Source: an uncultured Bacteroidales bacterium
GTDB taxonomy: Bacteria > Bacteroidota > Bacteroidia > Bacteroidales > Paludibacteraceae
NCBI GenBank assembly: GCA_902774185.1
Contig: CACYHE010000001.1
Location: 108,332-140,331, forward strand
Length of the DNA stretch: 32,000 nucleotides
Direction of reading: 5' to 3'
Under the pieces are notes generated by a model. The model saw only the letters and a list, made by a program, of their open reading frames with translations, made no database searches and was not told the origin of the DNA. Positions 21,466 through 31,061 of this stretch are shown here, piece after piece. The number at the start of each line of letters is the position of its first letter. Position 1 is the stretch's first letter. Both the position numbers and the translations under genes were made by a program.

Positions 21466-24063
21466 ATGGAAGAAAACAACGAGATTATTAAGAATGATCA
21501 CATTATTCCGGTGAAGATCGATGAGGAAATGAAGTCCTCGTATATCGATTACTCGATGTCTGTGATCGTTAGTCGTGCGCTGCCTGATGTGCGCGACGGT
21601 TTCAAACCCGTACACCGCCGTGTGCTGTTCGGAATGAACGAGTTGGGTAACACCTCGGATAAGCCGACCAAGAAGAGTGCACGTATCGTAGGTGAGGTGA
21701 TGGGTAAGTATCACCCGCATGGTGACAGTTCGATCTATGGTACGTTAGTTCGTATGGCGCAACCCTGGGCAATGCGTTATTGCTTAGTGGACGGTCAAGG
21801 TAACTTTGGTTCGGTCGATGGTGACGGCGCAGCTGCTATGCGTTACACCGAGGCACGTCTGAGTAAACTTGCCGAAGAGATGTTGCGCGATATCGAAAAG
21901 GATACCGTAGATATGCAGAATAACTTCGACGACAGCTTGAAGGAGCCGGTTGTGTTGCCTTGCCGTTTCCCGAACTTGTTGGTGAACGGAGCGAGCGGTA
22001 TTGCCGTAGGTATGGCAACGAACATGCCGACGCATAACTTGAGCGAGGTAATCGACGGTTGCTGTGCGTACATTAAGAATATCGTCGCGCGTATGCACGA
22101 CCAGTTCGTAGAGGAGATCACGGTTGAGGAACTCATGGAGCATGTGAAGGCTCCGGACTTCCCGACCGGCGGTACGATCTACGGTTATCAGGGTGTGAAG
22201 GACGCTTACGAGACCGGTCGTGGACGTATCATCATTCGTTCGAACGCCGATATTGAGACCGATGATAACGGTCGTGAGCATATCGTGATTACCGAACTGC
22301 CGTACGGTGTTGTGAAGAAAGACCTGGTTCAGAACATTGCTGAGTTGGTTAGCGACAAGAAGATCGAGGGTATCGCCGACATCAACGACTATTCGAAACG
22401 CGATATCCGTATCGTAGTAGAGGTAAAACGTGACGCGAATGCACAGGTGGTTCTGAACAAGTTGTATAAATTCACGGCGCTGCAGTCTAGTTTTGCAGTT
22501 AATAACATCGCCCTTGTGAAAGGACGTCCGATGCTCTTGAACCTCAAGCAACTCATCGGTAACTTCATCGAACACCGTATGGAGATTGTGGTTCGCCGTA
22601 CGAAGTTCGAACTCAAGAAAGCCGAAGAGCGTGCGCATATATTGGAAGGTTTGATCATCGCTGTCGATAATATTGACGAGGTGGTTCGTATCATCCGTGC
22701 CAGCCGTACGCCGGCTGACGCACAAGCAAACCTGGAGGCTCGTTTCAACCTCGATAACCTGCAGTCGAAGGCGATCGTCGATATGCGTCTGAGCGCCCTC
22801 ACCGGTCTGCGTATCGATGAGTTGAAGAACGAGTATGCCGAGATCGAGAAGTTGATTGCGCATTTGAATGAGTTACTCAATAACGAAGAGATGCGTTATG
22901 AACTGATTGAGAATGAGTTGATTGAAGTAAAAGAGAAATACGGTGACGAGCGTCGCACGAAGATCGTGAAGATGGCTACCGAGTTCAACCCGGAGGATAT
23001 GTACGCCGATGACGATATGGTGATTACCATTTCGCACCTCGGATATATCAAACGTACGCCGTTGGCTGATTTCCGTCAGCAGACACGCGGTGGTGTTGGT
23101 TCGAAAGCCGGTTCGGCTCGTGATCAGGACTTCATTGAATACGTTCACCAGGCTTCTATGCACTCGACGATGATGTTCTTTACGGAGATGGGGCGTCTGT
23201 ACTGGCTCAAGGTGTATGAGTTACCGGAAGGCAACAAGCAGTCCAAGGGTCGTGCTATCCAGAATATGATCAACCTGCAGAAGGGCGATAAGGTTCGTAC
23301 CTGCATCAACGTGAAGGGTCTGAATGATGCTGAGTATGTAGAGAACCACTTCCTGATCTTCATCACGAAGAACGGACTCATGAAGAAGACCACGTTGGAG
23401 GCTTATTCCCGTCCTCGTGCCAACGGTATCATTGCACTCGGTCTGCGTGAAGGCGACGAACTGATCGGTGTTACGTTGACGGACGGACAGAGCGAGATGT
23501 TAGTGGCTTCGTACAACGGTAAGGTCGTTCGTTTCAACGAAGGCGGCGTACGTCCGATGGGTCGTTCGGCAACCGGTGTGAAGGCCATTACGTTGGAAGA
23601 AGACGGTCAAGATCGCGTAATTGGCACGGTTTGTGTAGAGAAGAATACAGACAAAACCATTTTGGTGATCTCGGAGAACGGATTCGGTAAGCGTACACCT
23701 GTCGATGACGAGAACGGCGAACCGATTTATCGTATCACTAACCGTGGCGGTAAGGGTGTTAAGACCATCGAGATCACCGAGAAGACCGGTCACCTCGTAG
23801 GTATCGAAGCCGTTACCGATGCCGATGACCTGATGCTCATCACGAAGTCCGGTACAGCTATCCGCATGGATATCTCGACCATTCGTCAGACCGGTCGTGC
23901 CGCACAAGGCGTCAAACTGATAGACCTCCAGAAACGTAACGACAGCCTTATGAGCGGTTGTATCGTTCCGAAGGACGAAGAGGAGAGCGAAATGAGCGCG
24001 GAAGAACCGCTCAATGATGAGAATGGTGAAAATGCTGAAAACAATAACGAAACAAACGAATAA
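21466..24063 (+). CDS. gyrA: DNA gyrase subunit A
   Basis: SYIDYSMSVIVSRALPDVRDGFKPVHRR, QRDR HPHGDSSIY, catalytic AAMRYTE, a GyrA-box beta-pinwheel CTD and an acidic tail. Confidence 0.97.
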   Translation: MEENNEIIKNDHIIPVKIDEEMKSSYIDYSMSVIVSRALPDVRDGFKPVHRRVLFGMNELGNTSDKPTKKSARIVGEVMGKYHPHGDSSIYGTLVRMAQPWAMRYCLVDGQGNFGSVDGDGAAAMRYTEARLSKLAEEMLRDIEKDTVDMQNNFDDSLKEPVVLPCRFPNLLVNGASGIAVGMATNMPTHNLSEVIDGCCAYIKNIVARMHDQFVEEITVEELMEHVKAPDFPTGGTIYGYQGVKDAYETGRGRIIIRSNADIETDDNGREHIVITELPYGVVKKDLVQNIAELVSDKKIEGIADINDYSKRDIRIVVEVKRDANAQVVLNKLYKFTALQSSFAVNNIALVKGRPMLLNLKQLIGNFIEHRMEIVVRRTKFELKKAEERAHILEGLIIAVDNIDEVVRIIRASRTPADAQANLEARFNLDNLQSKAIVDMRLSALTGLRIDELKNEYAEIEKLIAHLNELLNNEEMRYELIENELIEVKEKYGDERRTKIVKMATEFNPEDMYADDDMVITISHLGYIKRTPLADFRQQTRGGVGSKAGSARDQDFIEYVHQASMHSTMMFFTEMGRLYWLKVYELPEGNKQSKGRAIQNMINLQKGDKVRTCINVKGLNDAEYVENHFLIFITKNGLMKKTTLEAYSRPRANGIIALGLREGDELIGVTLTDGQSEMLVASYNGKVVRFNEGGVRPMGRSATGVKAITLEEDGQDRVIGTVCVEKNTDKTILVISENGFGKRTPVDDENGEPIYRITNRGGKGVKTIEITEKTGHLVGIEAVTDADDLMLITKSGTAIRMDISTIRQTGRAAQGVKLIDLQKRNDSLMSGCIVPKDEEESEMSAEEPLNDENGENAENNNETNE

Positions 24064-24080
24064 TATGAAGGTTCGTGATA

Positions 24081-24111
24081 GTCGAGTGTAAGCTCGCTTA
24101 CGCAACTCGAC
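24081..24111 (+). terminator. Hairpin downstream of gyrA (possible intrinsic terminator, no U-tract)
   Basis: gtcgagt gtaagc tc gcttac gca actcgac. The outer 7-bp stem and an inner 4-6-bp stem are separated by a 3-nt bulge. It starts 18 nt after the gyrA stop. Confidence 0.4.
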
Positions 24112-24141
24112 GAAGACGAAGCTACAGAAATTAACAAATTT

Positions 24142-25383
24142 ATGAAAAAGAGTTTGATTTTGGCAGCTATTGTGCTCATGAGTGCAGGCTGCATGGCTCA
24201 GAAGAACCCCTTGGTTAAGAAAGCCAAAAACTACATGATGGCATCGGAGAACGCTGATTTCTCTGCTGCACGTGCCGCTATCGGCGAAGCTATCGAGCAG
24301 GAACCTACTGCAGAGACCTATTACTGGGCCGGTATGATCGGTTATCAGGAGTTGCAGCAGGAGAACTACAACCAGATGCTGGGTAAGGGCGCTAACCAAG
24401 CTAAAGCCGGTGCTGCGGTAGAAGAGAGTTACGCATATTGGGTTCATGCTGATGAGTTGGCAATGATTCCGACAACCGACAAAAAAGGTCGTGAAGTAGT
24501 GGATACGAAGACCCGTAACAACATCGCCAAGAAGATGCTGGAGTACTACAAGAACCAAGAGTTGGTGAAGTACGGTATCTATCTGAACGAGCAGAAGGAC
24601 TACGAGGGTGCTTTCCGTGCATTCAAAATGCATATCGACATGCCGGATCTGGACATGATGCAGAATGCTAAGATGCAAGACGAGATGCCGCGTGACACTA
24701 TCTACGAGCAGTATAAGTACTACGCAGCTATCTTCGCTGTTCAGGCTGAACTGCATGAGGATGCGATTCTCTTGTTGGAGCAGATGAAAAACGGTTCGTT
24801 TGAGGCTATCTCTATCAACCAGTTCCTCTATCAAGAGTACCTGGCTCTCAAGGATACGGTTAGTTTCGTTCGTACGCTTCAAGATGCTACCGTTCGTTTC
24901 CCGGGTGAGCCTTGGTTCCTGCAGAACCTGATCAACTTCTATATCTACTCCGGTCAGGAGCAGACGGCAGTTGAGTACCTGGCACAAGCTATCGAGCGCG
25001 AACCGAATGTAGCGCAGTATCATCATATCAAGGGTAACCTGGATGAGAACTTAGGTAACTACGAAGAGGCACTCAAGGACTTTGATAACGCATTGGCACT
25101 CGACCCGACACTGGCTGACGCCATGGCTGGTAAAGGACGTGTTTATTACAACCAAGCCGTTAAAATGAACGAAGCAGCTGCGATGATCTCCGATAACAAG
25201 GAGTATAAGAAAGCATTGGCTGAAATGACTGAGGTATTCCGTCAGTCGCTGCCGTTCTTCGAGAAAGCACACGAGATGGATCCGACAGACCGTCAGTATC
25301 TGGTGATCCTCAAAGGATTGTACTATCGTTTCGGAATGGAGGCAAAGTACAATGAAGTATCCGAGAAACTGAATAACCTCTAA
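24142..25383 (+). CDS. Tetratricopeptide-repeat lipoprotein
   Basis: Lipobox LMSAGC and several TPR-like helices (for example YEEALKDFDNALALDP). A gene of this kind downstream of gyrA is usual in Bacteroidales. Confidence 0.85.
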   Translation: MKKSLILAAIVLMSAGCMAQKNPLVKKAKNYMMASENADFSAARAAIGEAIEQEPTAETYYWAGMIGYQELQQENYNQMLGKGANQAKAGAAVEESYAYWVHADELAMIPTTDKKGREVVDTKTRNNIAKKMLEYYKNQELVKYGIYLNEQKDYEGAFRAFKMHIDMPDLDMMQNAKMQDEMPRDTIYEQYKYYAAIFAVQAELHEDAILLLEQMKNGSFEAISINQFLYQEYLALKDTVSFVRTLQDATVRFPGEPWFLQNLINFYIYSGQEQTAVEYLAQAIEREPNVAQYHHIKGNLDENLGNYEEALKDFDNALALDPTLADAMAGKGRVYYNQAVKMNEAAAMISDNKEYKKALAEMTEVFRQSLPFFEKAHEMDPTDRQYLVILKGLYYRFGMEAKYNEVSEKLNNL

Positions 25384-25805
25384 TGGGTCGCATTCTCGCA
25401 ATAGATTACGGTCGTAAACGCACAGGATTAGCCGTTACGGATATTCTCCGCATAACGGCTAATCCGTTGCTTACGATTGAGACGAAGGATTTGATAAACT
25501 GGTTGACGGGCTACTTCGCTAAAGAAGCTGTTGACGAAGTGGTTATCGGTCATCCGACCCAGATGAACGGTACAGAATCGGAGTCGATGAATTATATCCG
25601 ACCGTTCATGGGCGTATTTAAAAAGACGTTTCCAGACAAACCTATAACTATGTATGACGAGCGCTTCACGTCGGTATTGGCGCACAGGGCAATGATTGAC
25701 GGGGGAATGAAGAAAAAAGACCGACAGGACAAAGCGGTAGTGGATAAGATCGCCGCATGTATCATCCTCGAGGGTTACCTCGAGAAGTTGAAAGTTGAGA
25801 GTTGA
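25383..25805 (+). CDS. ruvX: Holliday junction resolvase-like protein RuvX (YqgF)
   Basis: MGRILAIDYGRKRTGLAV and DERFTS motifs. TAATG overlap with the upstream gene. Its TGA stop at 25803-25805 lies inside array 25788-25815. Confidence 0.9.
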   Translation: MGRILAIDYGRKRTGLAVTDILRITANPLLTIETKDLINWLTGYFAKEAVDEVVIGHPTQMNGTESESMNYIRPFMGVFKKTFPDKPITMYDERFTSVLAHRAMIDGGMKKKDRQDKAVVDKIAACIILEGYLEKLKVES

Positions 25806-25815
25806 AAGTTGAAAG
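25788..25815. repeat. Heptamer array ttgaaag x4 on the plus (sense) strand
   Basis: ttgaaag ttgagag ttgaaag ttgaaag. It encodes the ruvX C-terminus KLKVES plus its TGA stop. This is the same unit family as 6380, 9025 and 11720, again in sense orientation. Confidence 0.95.
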
Positions 25816-25852
25816 AAGTTATATAGTATATATAGTAGAAAGTTATTAGAGT

Positions 25853-26401
25853 ATGATTTTACCAATATATTTGTACGGTCAGCCGGTACTGAGAAAAGAG
25901 GCTGAGGAAATTGAGAACACGCCGGAGTTGAAGCAACTTATTGCGGACATGTACGAGACCTTGACGCAAGCGGAGGGTTGTGGTTTGGCGGCTCCGCAGG
26001 TGGGCAAACCCTGGCGTCTGTTTGTAGTGGACGGAAATGAGTTAGCCGAAGATTATCCGGAGTGCAAGGGTTTCAAACGGGCGTTCATCAATCCGGAGTT
26101 ACTGGAAGAGAGTGAAGAGACTTGTACGTATTCGGAAGGATGTCTCTCATTGCCGGGTATCAGTGAGAATGTCGTCAGACCGACTACGATCACGATGCGT
26201 TACTTGGACGAGGACTTTAATGAGCACACGGAGACCTTCGCCGGTTTTCAGGCACGTATCGTGCAACATGAGTACGACCACTTGGAAGGACACGTGTTCA
26301 CCGATCGTATCTCACCCATCCGTAAGACCTTCGTTCGCAACAAGTTAGTCTCTATTGCCAAAGGCAAAACCGTAGCTCGATATAAATATAGAAGGAATTA
26401 G
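25853..26401 (+). CDS. def: Peptide deformylase
   Basis: Motifs GCGLAAPQ, EGCLS and QHEYDHLEG. Confidence 0.95.
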   Translation: MILPIYLYGQPVLRKEAEEIENTPELKQLIADMYETLTQAEGCGLAAPQVGKPWRLFVVDGNELAEDYPECKGFKRAFINPELLEESEETCTYSEGCLSLPGISENVVRPTTITMRYLDEDFNEHTETFAGFQARIVQHEYDHLEGHVFTDRISPIRKTFVRNKLVSIAKGKTVARYKYRRN

Positions 26402-26404
26402 GGA

Positions 26405-26962
26405 ATGGATTGGATTAATGTCATCATAATGGCTATCGGTTTGGCGATGGATTGCTGTGCGGTATCGGCCGTACAAGGTCTGATGCAACGCCAATGGCAC
26501 CCTAGGGCTTTGCTGATGGCAGCTATCTTCGGTTGCTTCCACATGGGCATGCCGATCATTGGGTACTATGCCGGTAACTTGTTGGTGGATTTCATGCGGG
26601 TGTATGCCCCTTGGATTGCTCTCGCTTTATTAGGATTCTTGGGTATTAAGATGATTTTGGAAGCGTATCATGAGAAAGAAGAGGCGCAGAAGTGTGCCAA
26701 CTGGCATGTTATGAACCTCTTGTTTTTAGCCATAGCTACCAGTATAGACGTGTTAGTAACAGGTTTGCTCTTTGTACCGTATCCGGAGTGGTTATATCCG
26801 TCAGTGCTTACGATAGGCGGTATTACGGCGCTCTTTTCTTTAGGAGGTTACTTAGTGGGCGTGTTTGTGGGAAAACTGAAGATCAAAATGGAACTGATAG
26901 GCGGACTTGTCCTTATCGGTTTGGGTATTAAGATCTGGGCGGAAGGATTTTTTGGATTGTAA
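26405..26962 (+). CDS. mntP: Manganese efflux pump MntP
   Basis: A 185-aa polytopic membrane protein with the duplicated DUF204 pattern (GLAMDCCAVS / ATSIDVLVTG). Confidence 0.85.
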   Translation: MDWINVIIMAIGLAMDCCAVSAVQGLMQRQWHPRALLMAAIFGCFHMGMPIIGYYAGNLLVDFMRVYAPWIALALLGFLGIKMILEAYHEKEEAQKCANWHVMNLLFLAIATSIDVLVTGLLFVPYPEWLYPSVLTIGGITALFSLGGYLVGVFVGKLKIKMELIGGLVLIGLGIKIWAEGFFGL

Positions 26963-27531
26963 TGTTTGTAATCGGCAATAACACATTAGTCAGTCTGGAC
27001 GTACTTGAAAAAGAGTTCTGCTGTGACCTGGATACCTGTCGGGGGTGTTGCTGTATCGAAGGCGATGCCGGTTGTCCTATTACCGATGAGGAAGTAGTAC
27101 AGATAAAGCAGATCTTACCGCAACTGTTGCCGCAGATGACCAAAGAAGCACGGGAAGTAGTTGAACAACAGGGACTTAGTTATCTGGACCCTTCCGGAGA
27201 ACAAGTGCTCTCTATCGTGAACGGAAAGGATTGTGTTTTTGCCCGTATCGATCATCAAGGCTGGTGTTACTGTTTGATAGAGAAAATGGGATTTTCCAAA
27301 CCGATATCGTGTCATCTGTATCCGATACGGCTGACTAAAGTAGGAGACTATACTGGCGTGGAGTACCATCGTTGGGATATCTGTCATTGTGCCCGGCTGA
27401 AAGGAAAAAAACTGCATTTGCCGCTCTATCAGTTCTTGAAAGAACCACTAATACGTCGTTTTGGGCAGGCATGGTATGATGAATTGGAACTAACGGCTAA
27501 TGAATGGAAAAAACAATGCGCGCAGAGATAA
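26962..27531 (+). CDS. DUF3109 family protein (Cys-rich)
   Basis: FCCDLDTCRGCCCIEGDAGCP is characteristic of DUF3109. TAATG overlap with mntP. Confidence 0.85.
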   Translation: MFVIGNNTLVSLDVLEKEFCCDLDTCRGCCCIEGDAGCPITDEEVVQIKQILPQLLPQMTKEAREVVEQQGLSYLDPSGEQVLSIVNGKDCVFARIDHQGWCYCLIEKMGFSKPISCHLYPIRLTKVGDYTGVEYHRWDICHCARLKGKKLHLPLYQFLKEPLIRRFGQAWYDELELTANEWKKQCAQR

Positions 27532-28748
27532 TTACGATAGGAGATGAACTGCTGATCGGTCAGGTGGTGGACACCAACTCCGCTTGGATGGCCCAGCGAT
27601 TGAATGAGCAAGGTATTGAACTATACCGGATTACGTCCGTTCATGACGATAAGGCACAGATCATAGATGCCTTAGATGCTGCATTTAACGAAGTGGATAT
27701 CGTGTTGACGACCGGCGGTTTGGGTCCGACCAAAGATGATATCACCAAGCAGGTGTTATGCGATTATTTCCATACGCACCTTATAGAAGATACGCGTGTG
27801 CGTACGCATATAGAGGAACTCTATCGTGATCGTCCGGACGTGTTGAACCGACTGACCGCTACGCAATGGCAAGTGCCTGCTTGTGCCGAGATTCTGGAGA
27901 ATCGGGTAGGGTCCGCTCCGCTGATGGTTTTTAAGAAGGATGACAAGCTGCTTATCACTATGCCCGGTGTGCCTTACGAGATGAAGATCGCGATGGAGGA
28001 ACAAATTCTGCCGTTTATAGAGTCGAAAGTCGAAAGTCAAAAGTCGAAAGCCATTATCCATAAGACGCTGCAGGTGACGGGTATCGCAGAGAGTTCGTTG
28101 GCGATCTTACTGGAGGACTTTGAGAACCGAATGCCTTCGTCCTTGCACTTGGCGTATTTACCCAAAGACGGGGTGATCCGTTTGCGTTTGTCGAGTTACG
28201 GCGATATGACAGAAGAAGAGGTGACACGTTGGTTTGATGAGTTGAAACAGTTGACGGCTGATTATCTGATCGCCGATACCGATGAACCGCTTGAAGTGAT
28301 TGTAGGCAATGTGTTAAAAGCCAAAGGCATGACCATCTCCACTGCCGAGAGTTGTACAGGCGGTAAACTGGCTTCATTACTCAATAAGCATGCCGGTTCG
28401 TCTGCTTTCTATTGGGGTTCGGTCATCAGTTATGACAACTCCGTCAAGGTGCAGGTCTTAGGCGTTCCGGCAGAACTGATAGAAAAGTACGGCGTAGTAA
28501 GCGAAGAGGTGGTACGTGTGATGGCACAGTCTGTTCGCAAACTAACCAATACTACTTGTAGTATTGCTACATCCGGTATCGCAGGACCATCCGGTGGTTC
28601 GAAAACCAAGCCGGTTGGTACCGTTTGGATGGCTTGGGACACGCCTAAAGGGACGTTTGCGGAGTGTTTTCATTTAGGCAAACTGCGTGAACAGGTAACC
28701 GACAGAGCATGCCAGAAAGCATTGATAGGATTATTAAAACATATTTAA
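27516..28748 (+). CDS. cinA: CinA family protein (competence/damage-inducible; NMN deamidase-type C-terminal domain)
   Basis: MRAEIITIGDELLIGQVVDTNS (MoCF_biosynth domain) and a C-terminal ESCTGG CinA domain. An alternative ATG at 27504 would add MEKT. It contains a translated array at 28021-28048 (ESKVESQKSK). Confidence 0.9.
   Translation: MRAEIITIGDELLIGQVVDTNSAWMAQRLNEQGIELYRITSVHDDKAQIIDALDAAFNEVDIVLTTGGLGPTKDDITKQVLCDYFHTHLIEDTRVRTHIEELYRDRPDVLNRLTATQWQVPACAEILENRVGSAPLMVFKKDDKLLITMPGVPYEMKIAMEEQILPFIESKVESQKSKAIIHKTLQVTGIAESSLAILLEDFENRMPSSLHLAYLPKDGVIRLRLSSYGDMTEEEVTRWFDELKQLTADYLIADTDEPLEVIVGNVLKAKGMTISTAESCTGGKLASLLNKHAGSSAFYWGSVISYDNSVKVQVLGVPAELIEKYGVVSEEVVRVMAQSVRKLTNTTCSIATSGIAGPSGGSKTKPVGTVWMAWDTPKGTFAECFHLGKLREQVTDRACQKALIGLLKHI
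28021..28048. repeat. Heptamer array agtcgaa x4, translated inside cinA
   Basis: agtcgaa agtcgaa agtcaaa agtcgaa. It reads ESKVESQKSK. The unit differs by one base from gttgaaa (TGA becomes CGA). Confidence 0.95.
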
Positions 28749-28760
28749 AATAAACAGATA

Positions 28761-30284
28761 ATGAAAAAATCGATTTTTACACTTTTGGTTCTTGGTTTGT
28801 TGTGTACTCTTCCTATGCGTGCACAGGAACGTATCATGCTGTTTGCTGACCCGCATGTGTATCCGCAGGCGCTTATTGAGGCAGATCCGGATTTTGACAC
28901 TTACATGGAAGGGCAGCGTAAAATGGTGGACTTGAGTGAACCCATCTGGCATGCCTTGATGGACACGGCGAAGAAGTACAAACCGTCTTTGGTTCTTATC
29001 CCGGGTGACTTGACGCGTGACGGAGAGGCAGAGAGTCATGCACTTGTCTCGCAATCTCTCAATGAATTACAAGAACTGGGTATCCGTACATTGGTCATTC
29101 CGGGTAACCATGACCTGCCGGGTGCCAATTGGGAGACGCTTTATCCGGGTACGTATCAGGATGCTGTTCGGGATGAAGACTCGCATACCTATGCCGTAGA
29201 ACCGCTGCCCGGACTGACTGTCATCGGTATCGATGGTACGGATGATAAGGCCGGAATAGGTAAGATGTCCAAAAAGACATTGGCTTTTGTTTTGGCACAA
29301 GCTGATAGTGCTAATGCTAAAGGGAATAGTATCATCGCTATGTGTCACTGGCAGATCTTGGAGCATTTTGACAAACAAGGTACGCTGGAGAGTTCTTGTC
29401 GTATGAAAGAGGCAGACGCCTTGCGAGACAGCTTGATGCATCATGGTGTACACCTTGTGCTGACAGGACATTTTCATGTGAACGGAATCACTACTTTCCG
29501 GGACACGACAGGTCTGACGCAAGACAGTCTTGTGGAGATCACAACCGGTTCGCCGATCACCTATCCTTGTCCTTACCGCTGGTTGACGTTTGCCAAAAAT
29601 CAAGCGGATATCGCTGTGAGTACCGATTATATCACTTCGCTGGAAAATATTCCGGATATGTACACCTATAGTCGGGAATGGATGACAGAACATGCGCAGA
29701 ATATGTTACCGGCTTTGACCCTTAGAGCATGGGCAAAAGCAGAGAGTATGACGGACAAATTGGCAGAACAATTTGGAGGAACTGTAGCTGCTGTTGTAAA
29801 GGCATGTCTGCCTACGGATGATGCTACCAAGATTGCCTTGACAGAGAAGTATTTCGGTTCAACCGTTATTGAACTCTATCTCTTCCATAGCGATGCCAAT
29901 GAGAACGAGCGCCCCGAGTTGGGTGATTCTTTGGCTCAGGAGGTCTATAAAGGTATGGACGGTATGATGCATGAACTGACGGACGAGAAGATGGATAATG
30001 TTATCATGCGTAGTTTCCAAGAGCTTCTGATCAACACGGCGATGGACGTAGCAGAGGAACCGGTTCAGTCCTTGGTAGAAGATATTACCGGATGGAAGTC
30101 AAATTATCCGGATAGGACAGATGATCTGCGCCCGACACTGCGTATCGGTACACCGAAAGAGGTAGAAGCAATTCCGGAATTGATACCGGAGGATACCAAC
30201 TGCCGCAAACGTTTGGTGAACGGTCAACTGTTCATCGAGCGAAACGGCGCTATCTATAATGCGGAAGGTAAACGAATCCGTTAA
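28761..30284 (+). CDS. Secreted metallophosphoesterase (calcineurin-like) with a C-terminal extension
   Basis: Signal peptide, ADPH, GDLTRDG, GNHD and GHFH motifs. Confidence 0.85.
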   Translation: MKKSIFTLLVLGLLCTLPMRAQERIMLFADPHVYPQALIEADPDFDTYMEGQRKMVDLSEPIWHALMDTAKKYKPSLVLIPGDLTRDGEAESHALVSQSLNELQELGIRTLVIPGNHDLPGANWETLYPGTYQDAVRDEDSHTYAVEPLPGLTVIGIDGTDDKAGIGKMSKKTLAFVLAQADSANAKGNSIIAMCHWQILEHFDKQGTLESSCRMKEADALRDSLMHHGVHLVLTGHFHVNGITTFRDTTGLTQDSLVEITTGSPITYPCPYRWLTFAKNQADIAVSTDYITSLENIPDMYTYSREWMTEHAQNMLPALTLRAWAKAESMTDKLAEQFGGTVAAVVKACLPTDDATKIALTEKYFGSTVIELYLFHSDANENERPELGDSLAQEVYKGMDGMMHELTDEKMDNVIMRSFQELLINTAMDVAEEPVQSLVEDITGWKSNYPDRTDDLRPTLRIGTPKEVEAIPELIPEDTNCRKRLVNGQLFIERNGAIYNAEGKRIR

Positions 30285-30925
30285 CGCACCTTACGAATAA
30301 TCGTAAGACCGTCACGAATAGGGAGGATGACTTGCTCAAAGCGGTCATCCTCTTTGATTTGATCATTGAAAGCACGAAGTCCCAGGGTCTGTTTGTCCTT
30401 ATCGTACGCCGGATCAATAATATGACCGTCCCAAAGGGTGTTGTCCGCCAAGATGAACCCGCCTATAGGCACCAGGGGATAGACCAATTCAAGATAGGCG
30501 CAGTACTCCCGTTTGTCGGCATCGATGAAGACAAGATCGAATAATGGGTGAACGGTTGAATGGATGAAGGTTGAAAGGATATCCTTTGCATCGCCGATGA
30601 TCAATTCGATACGGTCGGATAGGGGAGACCGGGACAGATTACGTCGTATCGTCTCTTCCAACTCATCGTTATGCTCGATGGTCACTACTTTGCCTCCTTC
30701 TGCCAAGCCTTCCGCCAGACAGAGCGCACTGTAACCGGTGAACGTACCGAGTTCCAGAATGCGCTGCGGACGAATCATATGACTGATCATACTTAATACC
30801 CGTCCTTGCACGTGACCACTAAGCATATGTGGATTGAGTATATGTACATAGGTATCACGTGTGATGGCTTCCAATGCGGCATTTTCGGGTGTCGAATGAG
30901 ACGAAATATATTCCTCAAGTGTCAT
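30281..30925 (-). CDS. Class I SAM-dependent O-methyltransferase (caffeoyl-CoA OMT family)
   Basis: ILELGTFTGYSALCLAEGL SAM motif and FIDADK. Start chosen at MTLEEYI (ATG 30923-30925). Convergent 4-nt overlap with the metallophosphoesterase gene. Confidence 0.85.
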   Translation of the reverse strand: MTLEEYISSHSTPENAALEAITRDTYVHILNPHMLSGHVQGRVLSMISHMIRPQRILELGTFTGYSALCLAEGLAEGGKVVTIEHNDELEETIRRNLSRSPLSDRIELIIGDAKDILSTFIHSTVHPLFDLVFIDADKREYCAYLELVYPLVPIGGFILADNTLWDGHIIDPAYDKDKQTLGLRAFNDQIKEDDRFEQVILPIRDGLTIIRKVR

Positions 30926-30943
30926 AATGTTACAAAATTTGTG

Positions 30944-30975
30944 CAAAATTAGTGAAAAATTTCTTATTTTACAAA
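30944..30975 (-). promoter_or_regulatory. Probable promoter of the O-methyltransferase gene
   Basis: The minus strand reads TTTG (30972-30975), N20, TAATTTTG (30944-30951), 18 nt upstream of the ATG at 30925. Confidence 0.5.
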
Positions 30976-31000
30976 TAAAAACGATTATTTTTCACAAAAT

Positions 31001-31032
31001 TTTGCACATATCAAAAAAAAATTGTAATTTTG
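31001..31032 (+). promoter_or_regulatory. Bacteroidota sigma-A type promoter of the Lrp/AsnC gene
   Basis: TTTGcacatatcaaaaaaaaattgTAatTTTGc. The architecture is the same as the two promoters above: TTGC-N2-AT-N-TCAAAAAAAA-N2/3-GTA-N2-TTTGC. Confidence 0.65.
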
Positions 31033-31061
31033 CAGTCAAATTTAAGCATTTTATTACAGTA

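Noticed and set aside
21784-22863. 359-aa minus-strand ORF, plus the smaller ORFs at 22389-22880 and 22873-23163
   Set aside because: They lie entirely antisense within gyrA and are typical shadow ORFs of a codon-biased gene.
23500-25026. 508-aa minus-strand ORF
   Set aside because: It lies antisense to the 3' end of gyrA, the intergenic hairpin and the TPR gene. Its translation is low-complexity (L/V/H/T-rich) with no motif. The plus-strand genes have unambiguous homology, so this is a shadow ORF.
26402-26404. A yybP-ykoY manganese riboswitch, expected upstream of mntP
   Set aside because: Only 3 nt separate def from mntP, so there is no room for a riboswitch. mntP is apparently co-transcribed with def.
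29067-29693. 208-aa minus-strand ORF
   Set aside because: It is antisense to the metallophosphoesterase gene, whose GDLTRDG and GNHD motifs lie on the plus strand.
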